Of a DNA stretch of 24,870 bases, positions 15,250 to 23,122 are shown piece after piece. Each line of letters starts with the position of its first letter. Within the stretch, counting starts at the first letter, position 1. The DNA is from a virus. The stretch is taken from positions 1 through 24,870 of IMG/VR virus record IMGVR_UViG_3300017989_000050. One strand, given 5' to 3'. The notes below the pieces were generated by a model. The model made no database searches, was not told the origin of the DNA, and saw only the letters and a list, made by a program, of their open reading frames with translations. Position numbers and translations under genes: made by a program.

Positions 15250-15515
15250 AGGGCGAGTACCCCTCCCCGGCCACGTTTCAGATCGCGGCTCGTGAGGCGC
15301 ACGGCCTCGCGGCGGAGACCTACGACGCGCTTGGGGAAGAGGCCACGCGCGTCCTCCAGTACGCGCTCGCATCGACAGCGGTGCCAGTCGGCTGCGATGC
15401 CGTTGTCGAACAGAGGCTTCGCGATGCTGGATGCGTGAAGGGGGAGCAACCCTTCTCGTCGAGCTCGGTCACGTTCTGGGGGCAGTTCGTGCTCTCGACC
15501 GGAGGTGCCCGATGA
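15246..15515 (+). CDS. small early protein, paralogue family member 2 (89 aa)
   Basis: GGAGGTGCCCGATGA junction at 15235-15249; family pattern shared. Confidence 0.65.
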   Translation: MKGEYPSPATFQIAAREAHGLAAETYDALGEEATRVLQYALASTAVPVGCDAVVEQRLRDAGCVKGEQPFSSSSVTFWGQFVLSTGGAR

Positions 15516-15745
15516 AGGCGTCGTTCGAAGCCGCGAAGCGGGCGTACGAGGCCGCGTCCGCTCGCTACGAGGCGCTCTCCAAGGTGCTCGATGCGGAGGT
15601 GATCCTCTTGGGGAACAGCCACGGCACCCTCGTCGACCCGAGCGACCTCACCGCTCGCTCCCAGCAGTTGGTCGAGGCCGCGCATGAGGTGGTCGCCGCC
15701 GCCGGCGAAATGCAGCGCCACTCGGCAGAGGACGGTGCCGAATGA
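15512..15745 (+). CDS. small helical hypothetical protein (77 aa)
   Basis: GGAGGTGCCCGATGA junction at 15501-15515. ATG 15512 inside track ORF 15431..15745. Confidence 0.6.
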   Translation: MKASFEAAKRAYEAASARYEALSKVLDAEVILLGNSHGTLVDPSDLTARSQQLVEAAHEVVAAAGEMQRHSAEDGAE

Positions 15746-16032
15746 ACGCCGCACCGAACCTGATGCAGACCCGGCGTCTGGGGGCGGAGAAGCTGGCCGC
15801 CCTCGCCTGGCGAGAACTCAGCGACGCCGAACGAGCGTTGCTCGTCTCGCTCACTGACCACGACCCCTACCCCGCCAGCCTTCCGCTTCGAAACGTGGAC
15901 GCAGCGGTTGCTGAGTCGCTTGCCACGGCCGGCGCTCTCGACATCGAAGGCGACCGATTTGGCCTGACGCTTTGGGGGCTGTTCGTCCTTGGCGTCGGGC
16001 ACGAAGTCGACGTGACCAAGGGGGCGCTATGA
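15742..16032 (+). CDS. small early protein, paralogue family member 3 (96 aa)
   Basis: ATGA overlap. Shares ...W(R/Y).L..E....L ... AG ... T.WG.FVL..G with members 1 and 2. Confidence 0.65.
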   Translation: MNAAPNLMQTRRLGAEKLAALAWRELSDAERALLVSLTDHDPYPASLPLRNVDAAVAESLATAGALDIEGDRFGLTLWGLFVLGVGHEVDVTKGAL

Positions 16033-16235
16033 CCCTGCACGGCACCATCGAAGAACTCGTCTGGAGTCGGGTCTACGCAACGGAGTTCGCAAGACTCGAA
16101 GAAGCGTCCCGAGGCCCCGGGGAGAACAGCGAGGATCGAAGGGGACGTCTTCTCGGAGGCGCGCAATTCGCATCGATCGCCGCCGACGAGTCGATCGTGG
16201 CCCTTCGCTATGCACGAGGGAGGCGGGAAGGATGA
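16029..16235 (+). CDS. small hypothetical protein (68 aa)
   Basis: ATGA overlap at both ends. ATG 16029 inside track ORF 15972..16235. Confidence 0.55.
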   Translation: MTLHGTIEELVWSRVYATEFARLEEASRGPGENSEDRRGRLLGGAQFASIAADESIVALRYARGRREG

Positions 16236-16618
16236 GCCGGTTCCTACACCGACCCGAGCAGGAAACGCTTGTCGCCGGCTACCTCGGACGCGTCGTTCCC
16301 ACGGCAAGTGCGGAGTCGATCGACTGGCTCTCGCGGATGGGGTTCGTCGCCGCGTGGATGAACGTCCCCGGCGGCTACGCGCTGCGCCTCACGCAGAGTG
16401 GGCTCTATTTGGGGAGAAGCTACCTCGAATGGCACCGCTGGGAGCGATGGCGCGACCTCTACCAGTCGCTGCAATCACGCTCTGCCCTCGAGCGTGACCC
16501 CAAGCGCCGGCGCATCCTCGCCAAGCGCTCGCAGCGTGCCTACAGGCGCGCAGCGGAAGCCATCGCACGCGCGACTCCCATGGAGCCGCCCGCTGGAGGT
16601 GCTCATGTCCGGAACTGA
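16232..16618 (+). CDS. hypothetical protein, possible winged-helix DNA-binding type (128 aa)
   Basis: GGAAGGATGA junction. The N-terminal half (SIDWLSRMGFVAAWMNVPGGYALRLTQSGLYLG) has a wHTH-like recognition helix and wing. Basic C-terminus. Confidence 0.6.
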   Translation: MSRFLHRPEQETLVAGYLGRVVPTASAESIDWLSRMGFVAAWMNVPGGYALRLTQSGLYLGRSYLEWHRWERWRDLYQSLQSRSALERDPKRRRILAKRSQRAYRRAAEAIARATPMEPPAGGAHVRN

Positions 16619-16706
16619 CCCCATCACCCAGTGGGCCGCGGTGAGCTTCACGTGGCTGGTTGGGCTGACCTACATGGTGCTCGTGATGTGGAGGAAACGC
16701 CGATGA
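16605..16706 (+). CDS. 33-aa single-TM miniprotein (below the ORF-track cut-off as an independent gene)
   Basis: GGAGG at 16595-16599, 5 nt upstream of ATG 16605. Product MSGTDPITQWAAVSFTWLVGLTYMVLVMWRKRR. Its TGA overlaps the methyltransferase ATG (ATGA at 16703). Confidence 0.5.
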   Translation: MSGTDPITQWAAVSFTWLVGLTYMVLVMWRKRR

Positions 16707-17266
16707 CGTCTTCTCCGACAGAACAGGCGCCGGACATGTCCTCGCAAGGCACGTACTCGTGCCTGCTGGCAGACCCGCCTTGGCACGAGAGCGGCGGGGG
16801 GAAGTGCAAGCGGGGCGCCGATCGTCATTACCCGCTCCTGAAGACGCCCGACATCATCCGCGTGATGCTGTCGGCGGACAGCTGGCGCCCTGCCCCCAAC
16901 GCCCACCTTTGGCTTTGGGTGACCAACAACTATCTGCCGGACGGGCTGCACGTGATGAAGGCCCTCGGGTTCCGATACGTGACGAACGCGGTGTGGGCGA
17001 AGGACAGGATGGGGCTCGGGCAGTACCTGCGCGGGCAACACGAACTCCTCTTGTTCGGGGTCCGTGGCCGTCTTCGTGGCGCGTCGAAGGTGACCCCCTC
17101 GCTACTGGGCGGGGGCCTGCTACGCCGAACGAAGCACTCGAAGAAACCCGAGATGGCCTACGCCGCGATCGAGCAGGTCAGCCCGGGCCCACGGGTCGAG
17201 TTTTTCGCCCGCTCGCTCCGTGAGGGCTGGGACTCGTGGGGGAACGAGGTGCCGCGTGAATCCTAG
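16703..17266 (+). CDS. MT-A70 family N6-adenine DNA methyltransferase (orphan), 187 aa
   Basis: GGAGGA 7 nt upstream. Catalytic DPPW motif (CLLADPPWHE), then YPLL...HLWLWVTN, GFRYVTNAVWAKDRMGLGQYLRGQHELLLFG, KHSKKPE and VEFFARSLREGWDSWGNEV, all in the family order. No adjacent restriction gene. Confidence 0.9.
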   Translation: MTSSPTEQAPDMSSQGTYSCLLADPPWHESGGGKCKRGADRHYPLLKTPDIIRVMLSADSWRPAPNAHLWLWVTNNYLPDGLHVMKALGFRYVTNAVWAKDRMGLGQYLRGQHELLLFGVRGRLRGASKVTPSLLGGGLLRRTKHSKKPEMAYAAIEQVSPGPRVEFFARSLREGWDSWGNEVPRES

Positions 17267-17435
17267 GCATCGGCGGATGTTCTGCGCGCTGCTTCGCAAG
17301 GCCGCGGACTCGATAGACGCGGCCGTGCGGTTCATCCCGGGCAACCGCTCGGTGTCCGCCCGGCTCGGCTTCCTCGCGATGGAGCTCCGCGTCACTGCGG
17401 ACGGCTTCGAAGGGACGATCGATGCGAAGGCGTAG
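17256..17435 (+). CDS. small hypothetical protein (59 aa from GTG 17256; ATG 17277 alternative)
   Basis: GAGGTG precedes GTG 17256, inside track ORF 17220..17435. Confidence 0.4.
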   Translation: MNPRHRRMFCALLRKAADSIDAAVRFIPGNRSVSARLGFLAMELRVTADGFEGTIDAKA

Positions 17436-17694
17436 TCGCATCGGGCAGCCAAGGCGGCGCCCCCGTCCGCGGCAGAAGGTCATGTGCCGCGGCGCGGGCT
17501 GTCGCGAGATCTGCGAGTACGCGCGGCGGTGGTGCTCGAACTGCTGGGCGAAGCTGTCCGATGGTGCACGCGAGAACATTACGCGGACCGTCTCGTTCCT
17601 CGCGAGCCACCCCGGAGACCGGGCAGCGAGCTACTGCCTCCCCTTCGCCATCGCCGTGGCCGATCGGGAGCTGGAAAGGCTGGCCCGTCGATGA
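17422..17694 (+). CDS. Cys-rich zinc-ribbon-like small basic protein (90 aa)
   Basis: Track ORF. Arg-rich N-terminus, then C-x4-C-x3-C ... C-x2-C (CRGAGCREIC...WCSNCW). Confidence 0.55.
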   Translation: MRRRSRIGQPRRRPRPRQKVMCRGAGCREICEYARRWCSNCWAKLSDGARENITRTVSFLASHPGDRAASYCLPFAIAVADRELERLARR

Positions 17695-18056
17695 AGCCCC
17701 GTCACACGATGAAGGGCGCCAAGAAACGCCTGTGTGCGGTGTGTCGCCATCGCGTGTTCTACGTCAGCGCGAGCCCGTTCAAGCTCGACCGCGTAGAGAA
17801 CGGTCGAGCTCGAGGTTCGGCGGTGCTCGACCTCCCGGCAGGGGCGCTCATCTGCGGCGTCTGTGTTGCTGCGAACCCGGGCCTCGCGCTGAAAGTGAAC
17901 CCGCTCCCCGTTGCCTACAAGACGAAGTCGTGCCACCGGTGCGGCGGTAGTAGGCGCGTCCCGGCCCCCGCCCACGCGGCGCCCAGGTGGAAAGGCACGA
18001 AACCGGAGACGGTGCCGTGCCCCGTCTGTCAGGGGAAGGGCGAGGTGGCGGCGTGA
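17691..18056 (+). CDS. zinc-finger protein with DnaJ-type CxxCxGxG motifs (121 aa)
   Basis: ATGA overlap. Motifs CAVC...CGVC and CHRCGGSRRV...CPVCQGKGEV. Confidence 0.6.
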   Translation: MKPRHTMKGAKKRLCAVCRHRVFYVSASPFKLDRVENGRARGSAVLDLPAGALICGVCVAANPGLALKVNPLPVAYKTKSCHRCGGSRRVPAPAHAAPRWKGTKPETVPCPVCQGKGEVAA

Positions 18057-18550
18057 AGGCGTTGACAGTTCACCAGCCGTTCGCGCACGCCATCGTCGCG
18101 GGCTTCAAGAACGTCGAAAACAGGACTTGGCGCCCCTCGAGACTCGGGCTTCGGATCCTCATACACGCGGGCAAGGGGACCCCCTCCCCAGACGCGCTCG
18201 CAGCTGTCGATATGGACGACGACGTCGACCATCTCCCTCGCGGTGCGGTCGTCGGCTCCGCGGTACTTTCGGGATGGTTCGACGCCCACGAATGGCGCAT
18301 GGATGGTGGGCTCTCTTCGGGGACAACGAAGGGAGCGTGGGGAGCGTGGGGGGAGTTTTGGGTAGACGCCCTCCGGAGCAGCCCTTGGTACACCGGACGG
18401 ATTGGTTGGTGGCTCACGTCGGCGCGAGTGTATTCCCGCCCCGTCCCGTGCCGCGGGCTCCAGGGGCTCTGGGTCCCCGACTCTGAGGTCCTGGCGCGCT
18501 GCCACGACGAAGAAGCCAAGCACGACGAAGCTCGGAGGTCGGAGCGGTGA
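18053..18550 (+). CDS. ASCH domain protein (165 aa)
   Basis: GTGA overlap. The N-terminal KALTVHQPFAHAIVAGFKNVENRTW is the typical ASCH opening (QPWA..I..G.K.iE.R.W). Confidence 0.7.
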   Translation: MKALTVHQPFAHAIVAGFKNVENRTWRPSRLGLRILIHAGKGTPSPDALAAVDMDDDVDHLPRGAVVGSAVLSGWFDAHEWRMDGGLSSGTTKGAWGAWGEFWVDALRSSPWYTGRIGWWLTSARVYSRPVPCRGLQGLWVPDSEVLARCHDEEAKHDEARRSER

Positions 18551-18971
18551 TGCTGTCGTCGAGCTCGAGCCCCTCGCCGTCGGCTGGATGCCACACAGCG
18601 ACCCGGCCCCCGACGGTCGGATCGTTTGGGCCCCCGGTCTGCCCTGTCCGCCACGCCACGCACGGGCGCGCCCTCCCCTGCCGACCGCCCCTGTCCCGAC
18701 GGTTTGGCCGTCTGCATGGACGCCAAGTGGCCTCAGCGTGCGCGACGTCGACGCCGTTTTCGGGCCTCGCCCTCCCAGCCAATTGGGCCGTCGCAGACCG
18801 GCTGGCGGTCCGGTGGGCTGTAAATGCCTCGCGGTCCGAAAATACAGTGATAGCGGGCAGTTGGCGCTCGCCTGCAAGTAGGCGGAAAAACGCCCCTGGT
18901 CTTAGAACCCAGGGGCCAAAGACCACCCACCCCCTCCCGGCCGCCCCACGCCGCACCGTCGGAGGTTCACG

Positions 18972-19205
18972 TTGACCCTCTCGCACTTCCACGGACACGT
19001 GGATGACGCCGGGGTGCCCGTCGTCCACGGGGAGGCTTTAGCGCTGGTCGCGTTCTTCGCGATCCTGATTGGACGCGAAGTCCCGTCGGCGGACAGGCTC
19101 AGCTTCTCGCTGGTCGAGATCTACGAAGACGAGGAGGCCGAAAGAAACAGGCGGCGCGGCCGAAACGGGCTGCGCCCCCTCCCCACCCCTCCGGAGGCGT
19201 CGTGA
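18972..19205 (+). CDS. small hypothetical protein (77 aa), TTG start
   Basis: GGAGG at 18961-18965, 6 nt upstream of TTG 18972. Contains a hydrophobic segment (ALALVAFFAILIG). Confidence 0.45.
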   Translation: MTLSHFHGHVDDAGVPVVHGEALALVAFFAILIGREVPSADRLSFSLVEIYEDEEAERNRRRGRNGLRPLPTPPEAS

Positions 19206-19615
19206 ACCCGGAGGTCAAGAAACGACTGGAGACGGTGCTCAAAATGGCCGTCGAATCCCAGACGGAGCGCTGCCCGTGCGAGCTCGACGAGGGCTGCGAG
19301 CACTGCGGGTGGACCGGGGTGCTGATCCCTCACCGCCACAGCGACGGGGTCATTGCCGGTGTGTTGGGCGCGTGCCTGGCCGCCATGGCCGAGCTTCGTC
19401 GACAGGGCGCATCCGATGCGATGCACGACGTCCTGACCTGGGCGACGGCCTACATCGCGCCGATTCTCGAGGAGTTCCCACCCGAGGAGTCGTACGGCCG
19501 TTTGCTCGATGAGAGCCGAAAGGGTCGCGCGCTGGTCGAAGAGGCTCGGCAAGGGCCCTCTGAGCCGCTTTCTGTCGACGAGATGCAACGTCGCCTGAAG
19601 GGGGACCAGCGGTGA
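19202..19615 (+). CDS. hypothetical protein with CxC...CxxC cluster (137 aa)
   Basis: GTGA overlap; motif ERCPCELDEGCEHCGW. Confidence 0.6.
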   Translation: MNPEVKKRLETVLKMAVESQTERCPCELDEGCEHCGWTGVLIPHRHSDGVIAGVLGACLAAMAELRRQGASDAMHDVLTWATAYIAPILEEFPPEESYGRLLDESRKGRALVEEARQGPSEPLSVDEMQRRLKGDQR

Positions 19616-19866
19616 GCATGCGTTCGGTCGCGCACTTCCTCGGCTTCTTCTCCGATGGGGAGTCCGTGTGCTGCATCTGTCAGCGATCGGGTGGCTTCGT
19701 TGCGTGGCTATGCCGCGGTGAGGTGCTCGCGGCTCCGCTCTGTCGAGAGCACGCGGACCAAGTCCCGCGCCAGTCGATGCAGGTAGACGACATCTTCGGC
19801 GTCGTCTACGGACCCGGCCGCGGCCGCTCGTACGCGCTGCGGGGAAGGATGCGGCCTCGTCGGTGA
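19612..19866 (+). CDS. small Cys-rich hypothetical protein (84 aa)
   Basis: GTGA overlap (ATG 19618 alternative); motif VCCICQRSGG...LCRG...LCREH. Confidence 0.55.
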   Translation: MSMRSVAHFLGFFSDGESVCCICQRSGGFVAWLCRGEVLAAPLCREHADQVPRQSMQVDDIFGVVYGPGRGRSYALRGRMRPRR

Positions 19867-21809
19867 AGCTGCGGAACGCACCGTGGACCGTCGCCCCTCT
19901 CGACCGCTCGATCGCGCAGCGGCTCGACGGGATGATGCCGAAGGCGATCGCGCGCCTCCGGACCGACGGCGGCACGACGTTCTGCATCAAGACCAACGCC
20001 AGCGACTGGCACCCGGATTTCCGCAAGACGTTCGAATGGCTGGTGAATCAGACAGCCGAGCAGCGCCGCGCCCGGAAGACGAACCCGATCGTGGGCCTCC
20101 CGGTCCCCTCGGTCCCCGGACGCGGCCAGGGCGATGCGTTCGCGACCGACGATGACTCGCCCGACCCGCGGATGCTCGGGTGGGCTGACGCCGCTCGAGA
20201 CAACCCCTTCGCCCCGCGCGTGCCCGTCGAAGCGTGGGTGACCGGCGGCGATACGCCGTGCCTGCACTTCCACGCGGCCGATCGGATGTTCGTCACGATG
20301 TACCAGCGGACCGAGCCCGCCGAGGGGCCCGGACAGAAGGGCGTCACGAAGTGGGAGTGCCGCGTCCAGTGCAAAGCGCGGGAGCTCTACGCCGACGGCC
20401 TCAACCTGTGGATGGTCCGATGGTTGGGGCTGTGGGGGTGGCTGCTCGCCGGTCGCTACTGCCTCCCGAGCGAAGCGCACGCCCTCGGATGGCGGACGAC
20501 GCAATGGCACGTGAACAGCGACTTCACGGGGCTGCACATGCTCACCGAGGACGCGTGGAAGGTCTGCGGCTGGCTCTCCGGACGGGCATATGGCGACGGC
20601 GGAGCGGCCGAAAACCGCCGGGAGGCGTCCGCCGTTCACCGGCGGGAGCTCGCCCACATTGAAGAGTTCAAGAAGGCGAACCCGAACTTCGCAAACACGC
20701 TGTACCTCGGCCGACTCACGTCGGACACCTGTCTCGTCGTCTACAAGAAGACCGAACAACTCGCGGACGAGAAACAGGTCGAAGCGGCCGCGTCGATGTA
20801 CGCCCCCGAGTGGAGAGCGAACGGCTGGGACGGGCACAGCGACATCACCCGCGTCGAGCTGAGGTTGAGGAAGAAGGCGCTCATCTACGTCGACCCCGAG
20901 AGCCACGATGTCCTCTTCGACTTTCGCGACCCGGCAATGCTGCTCAAACCCGAGGCGCGTCGACACGTCTGGCAGTACGTCACCAGCAAGCGGCGGTTGA
21001 CCTGCCCCGCGAACGAGCGTTCGAGGCTCACCCGGGCGATGGTCGATCCGGCGTGGATGAACGTCATCCGGCTGGGGTACGACGCCCCGAACAAAGACAT
21101 CCGCCAGATTCCCCGCAACGTCCGAGCCCTCACCCGGCAAGAGCGGCTGGCCAAGAGCCAACACCAGGCGATGCTCGCCGCGGTCAAGTTCGCGGCGCAG
21201 AACGGCGCGGCACTAAAGAACTGGCGAGAGGTCGGCGAAGTGCTCGTCGCGGTCGGGAACCGGATGCGAAAGCACGGCGCTCCGGCAGAGATGAGCAGCC
21301 TCCCGCGCATCGTCGACGTCGCGGAGGCCGGAGACTACGCGGTCCAAACCTCGGTCTTCTTCCGCGGTGAGGCGGATGCCGCCTACGAAGACTTCGTCGA
21401 AGAGGTTGGGATCGACCTCGAGCCGATCGAGTGGTCGAAGGCGCTCGGGAAGTACGGCGACCGACTACGGCGCTTCCTCGCAAAGTCGGTCACCCGAGAG
21501 ATTCAGCGCTTCACGGGGCTGACAGCCGTCACCCGGGACTTCTGGGACGAGCTGCAACTGGCCGCGTCGAAGGGGCACGGCGAAGAAGCCGACGCGCTCG
21601 CAGTGGAGGCGGTAGCCCACGCGATCGAAGACCACCTACCGCTCGGTCCCACGGCCGCGCTCGACGAACTCGAGGAACGGTTGGCCGATGTCGAGATCGA
21701 GCGTTCGGGCCGAAGAGTCAGCCCGGACAAAGCCGAGCGAGCACGCTTCGCGGCCGAGCTCGAGGGGCTGTTCTACGACGCCCTCAGAAGTTCAGAAGAC
21801 GAGAACTAA
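19863..21809 (+). CDS. rolling-circle replication initiator, Rep_trans (replication initiation factor) like, 648 aa
   Basis: GTGA overlap. Motif series typical of the Rep_trans family: [33 protein letters not shown] (lYiG.r.s...riYdK, candidate catalytic Tyr) and [13 protein letters not shown] (tRvElql). Long acidic helical C-terminal extension. Followed directly by ssb. Confidence 0.55.
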   Translation: MKLRNAPWTVAPLDRSIAQRLDGMMPKAIARLRTDGGTTFCIKTNASDWHPDFRKTFEWLVNQTAEQRRARKTNPIVGLPVPSVPGRGQGDAFATDDDSPDPRMLGWADAARDNPFAPRVPVEAWVTGGDTPCLHFHAADRMFVTMYQRTEPAEGPGQKGVTKWECRVQCKARELYADGLNLWMVRWLGLWGWLLAGRYCLPSEAHALGWRTTQWHVNSDFTGLHMLTEDAWKVCGWLSGRAYGDGGAAENRREASAVHRRELAHIEEFKKANPNFANTLYLGRLTSDTCLVVYKKTEQLADEKQVEAAASMYAPEWRANGWDGHSDITRVELRLRKKALIYVDPESHDVLFDFRDPAMLLKPEARRHVWQYVTSKRRLTCPANERSRLTRAMVDPAWMNVIRLGYDAPNKDIRQIPRNVRALTRQERLAKSQHQAMLAAVKFAAQNGAALKNWREVGEVLVAVGNRMRKHGAPAEMSSLPRIVDVAEAGDYAVQTSVFFRGEADAAYEDFVEEVGIDLEPIEWSKALGKYGDRLRRFLAKSVTREIQRFTGLTAVTRDFWDELQLAASKGHGEEADALAVEAVAHAIEDHLPLGPTAALDELEERLADVEIERSGRRVSPDKAERARFAAELEGLFYDALRSSEDEN

Positions 21810-21840
21810 CGAGAGAACCCACGAGAGAGACGAGAAGACA

Positions 21841-22326
21841 ATGGCAGGCGTAAACAAAGCAATCATAGTCGGGAACCTGGGGCGAGAGCCCGAACTCCGG
21901 TACACACAGGGCGGGAGCCCGGTGTGCCAGCTCAGCGTCGCAACGACGCGGGCGTACACCAACAAGAACAACGATCGGGTCGAAGAAACCGAGTGGCACC
22001 GAGTCGTCGTCTGGGGGAAGAGTGCGGAGCACTGCAACACCTATCTGGGCAAAGGACGGCAGGTGTACGTAGAGGGCAGGATTCAGACTCGAAGCTACGA
22101 AGACAAAGAGGGAATCAAGCGGTACTCCACCGAAATCGTCGCCGACACCGTGCAGTTCCTCGGGTCGAGGTCAGACGGCGGCGGAAAGTCGACCGGTAGC
22201 AGCGGCGCCCGTGGGGGGTCCAAGGGGGCGCGCTCCGGAGGCGACCCACCCGCGATGCCCGACGATGGCGGGTGGAACGACAACTACATTCCCTCCGATC
22301 CCGGGGACGACGACATCCCCTTCTAG
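21841..22326 (+). CDS. ssb: single-stranded DNA-binding protein
   Basis: ATG 21841 inside track ORF 21688..22326. Canonical OB-fold N-terminus ([25 protein letters not shown]...[11 protein letters not shown]...[24 protein letters not shown]). Gly-rich linker and the hallmark acidic tip DDDIPF. Confidence 0.95.
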   Translation: MAGVNKAIIVGNLGREPELRYTQGGSPVCQLSVATTRAYTNKNNDRVEETEWHRVVVWGKSAEHCNTYLGKGRQVYVEGRIQTRSYEDKEGIKRYSTEIVADTVQFLGSRSDGGGKSTGSSGARGGSKGARSGGDPPAMPDDGGWNDNYIPSDPGDDDIPF

Positions 22327-22348
22327 TCGGCCCGCTGGCCACGATGCA

Positions 22349-22386
22349 AAGCGCCCGGAGGTCATCGACCCCGGGCGCTTCTTCGT
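22349..22386 (+). terminator. GC-rich hairpin with short T-rich tail after ssb (terminator / attenuator), copy 1
   Basis: AAGCGCCCGG (22349-22358) pairs with CCGGGCGCTT (22371-22380). Inner GGTC/GACC pairing, then TTCTTCGT. Only about 20 nt separate it from the next ATG. Confidence 0.45.
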
Positions 22387-22400
22387 GCATGCTGACAGGC

Positions 22401-22775
22401 ATGAGACGCCTTCTCTTCGCCCTGCTGCTCGTCGCTCCGGCCTGCGATGACTCCCCCGACTCTGGGACTTGCGAAGAGGCCTACGAGCCTAGCTCCCCAG
22501 AAGACGCGGGCGGGGATGATGCGGATTCATCAGTGCCCGAGGCCGAAGAATTGGAAGACTCCGAACGATACTGTGCGGCGGTCGCAGTGATGGACGAGCT
22601 TTGCGCAGACTGGCGATGGTTCGCGGGCGAAGGTGAAGACGACAGCTTCGTATTCGGCTGCTGGACGGCAGCGCTTTCGGAGTCCGAGAACCGTTACTCG
22701 AACCGCTTCGATGACCTGCTGCTCGTGCACGTTGTGGACGGGGCAGCGGTCTATCCGCCCGATGCGTGCACATAG
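22401..22775 (+). CDS. small secreted (or atypical lipo-) Cys-rich acidic protein, paralogue 1 (124 aa)
   Basis: ATG 22401 inside track ORF 22272..22775. Signal peptide MRRLLFALLLVAPA|C, which is either an AXA signal-peptidase site or an atypical lipobox. Conserved Cys pattern shared with paralogue 2 (C..VA.MDELC..W...GCW.AA...C). Confidence 0.65.
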   Translation: MRRLLFALLLVAPACDDSPDSGTCEEAYEPSSPEDAGGDDADSSVPEAEELEDSERYCAAVAVMDELCADWRWFAGEGEDDSFVFGCWTAALSESENRYSNRFDDLLLVHVVDGAAVYPPDACT

Positions 22776-22794
22776 GCCCATCGACCACGACGCA

Positions 22795-22832
22795 AAGCGC
22801 CCGGAGGTCATCGACCCCGGGCGCTTCTTCGT
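22795..22832 (+). terminator. GC-rich hairpin with short T-rich tail, copy 2 (identical to copy 1)
   Basis: Same sequence as 22349-22386, offset by 446 bp. Confidence 0.45.
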
Positions 22833-22846
22833 GCATGCTGACAGGC

Positions 22847-23122
22847 ATGAGACGCCTTCTCTTCGCCCTGCTGCTCGTCGCTCCGGCATGCGACGAAGAC
22901 GACGGTGTAGAACCGCTGACGGTTGAGAATGACCCGTTGTGCACGACGGTCGCGATCATGGACGACGAACTCTGCCCAGGGTGGCGGGAGGAGTCGCGAG
23001 ACTACGGTGCGGGGTGTTGGGCTGCAGCGTTCAACGTGATGGAAGAGCGCCACGGGGAGCAGCTGATTCTCAGTTCTGCTAGGGAAAACCGGCCGGCCCC
23101 AGACCTTTGCTTAGAAGAGTGA
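22847..23122 (+). CDS. small secreted (or atypical lipo-) Cys-rich protein, paralogue 2 (91 aa)
   Basis: ATG 22847 inside track ORF 22766..23122. Signal peptide identical to paralogue 1; four Cys conserved. Confidence 0.65.
   Translation: MRRLLFALLLVAPACDEDDGVEPLTVENDPLCTTVAIMDDELCPGWREESRDYGAGCWAAAFNVMEERHGEQLILSSARENRPAPDLCLEE

Noticed and set aside
18402-18975. Two overlapping + strand ORFs (159 and 142 aa) after the ASCH gene
   Set aside because: I did not call either as a CDS. Both are Pro/Arg/Ser-rich, have no convincing start context and are mutually exclusive. I reported the stretch as an ambiguous region instead.
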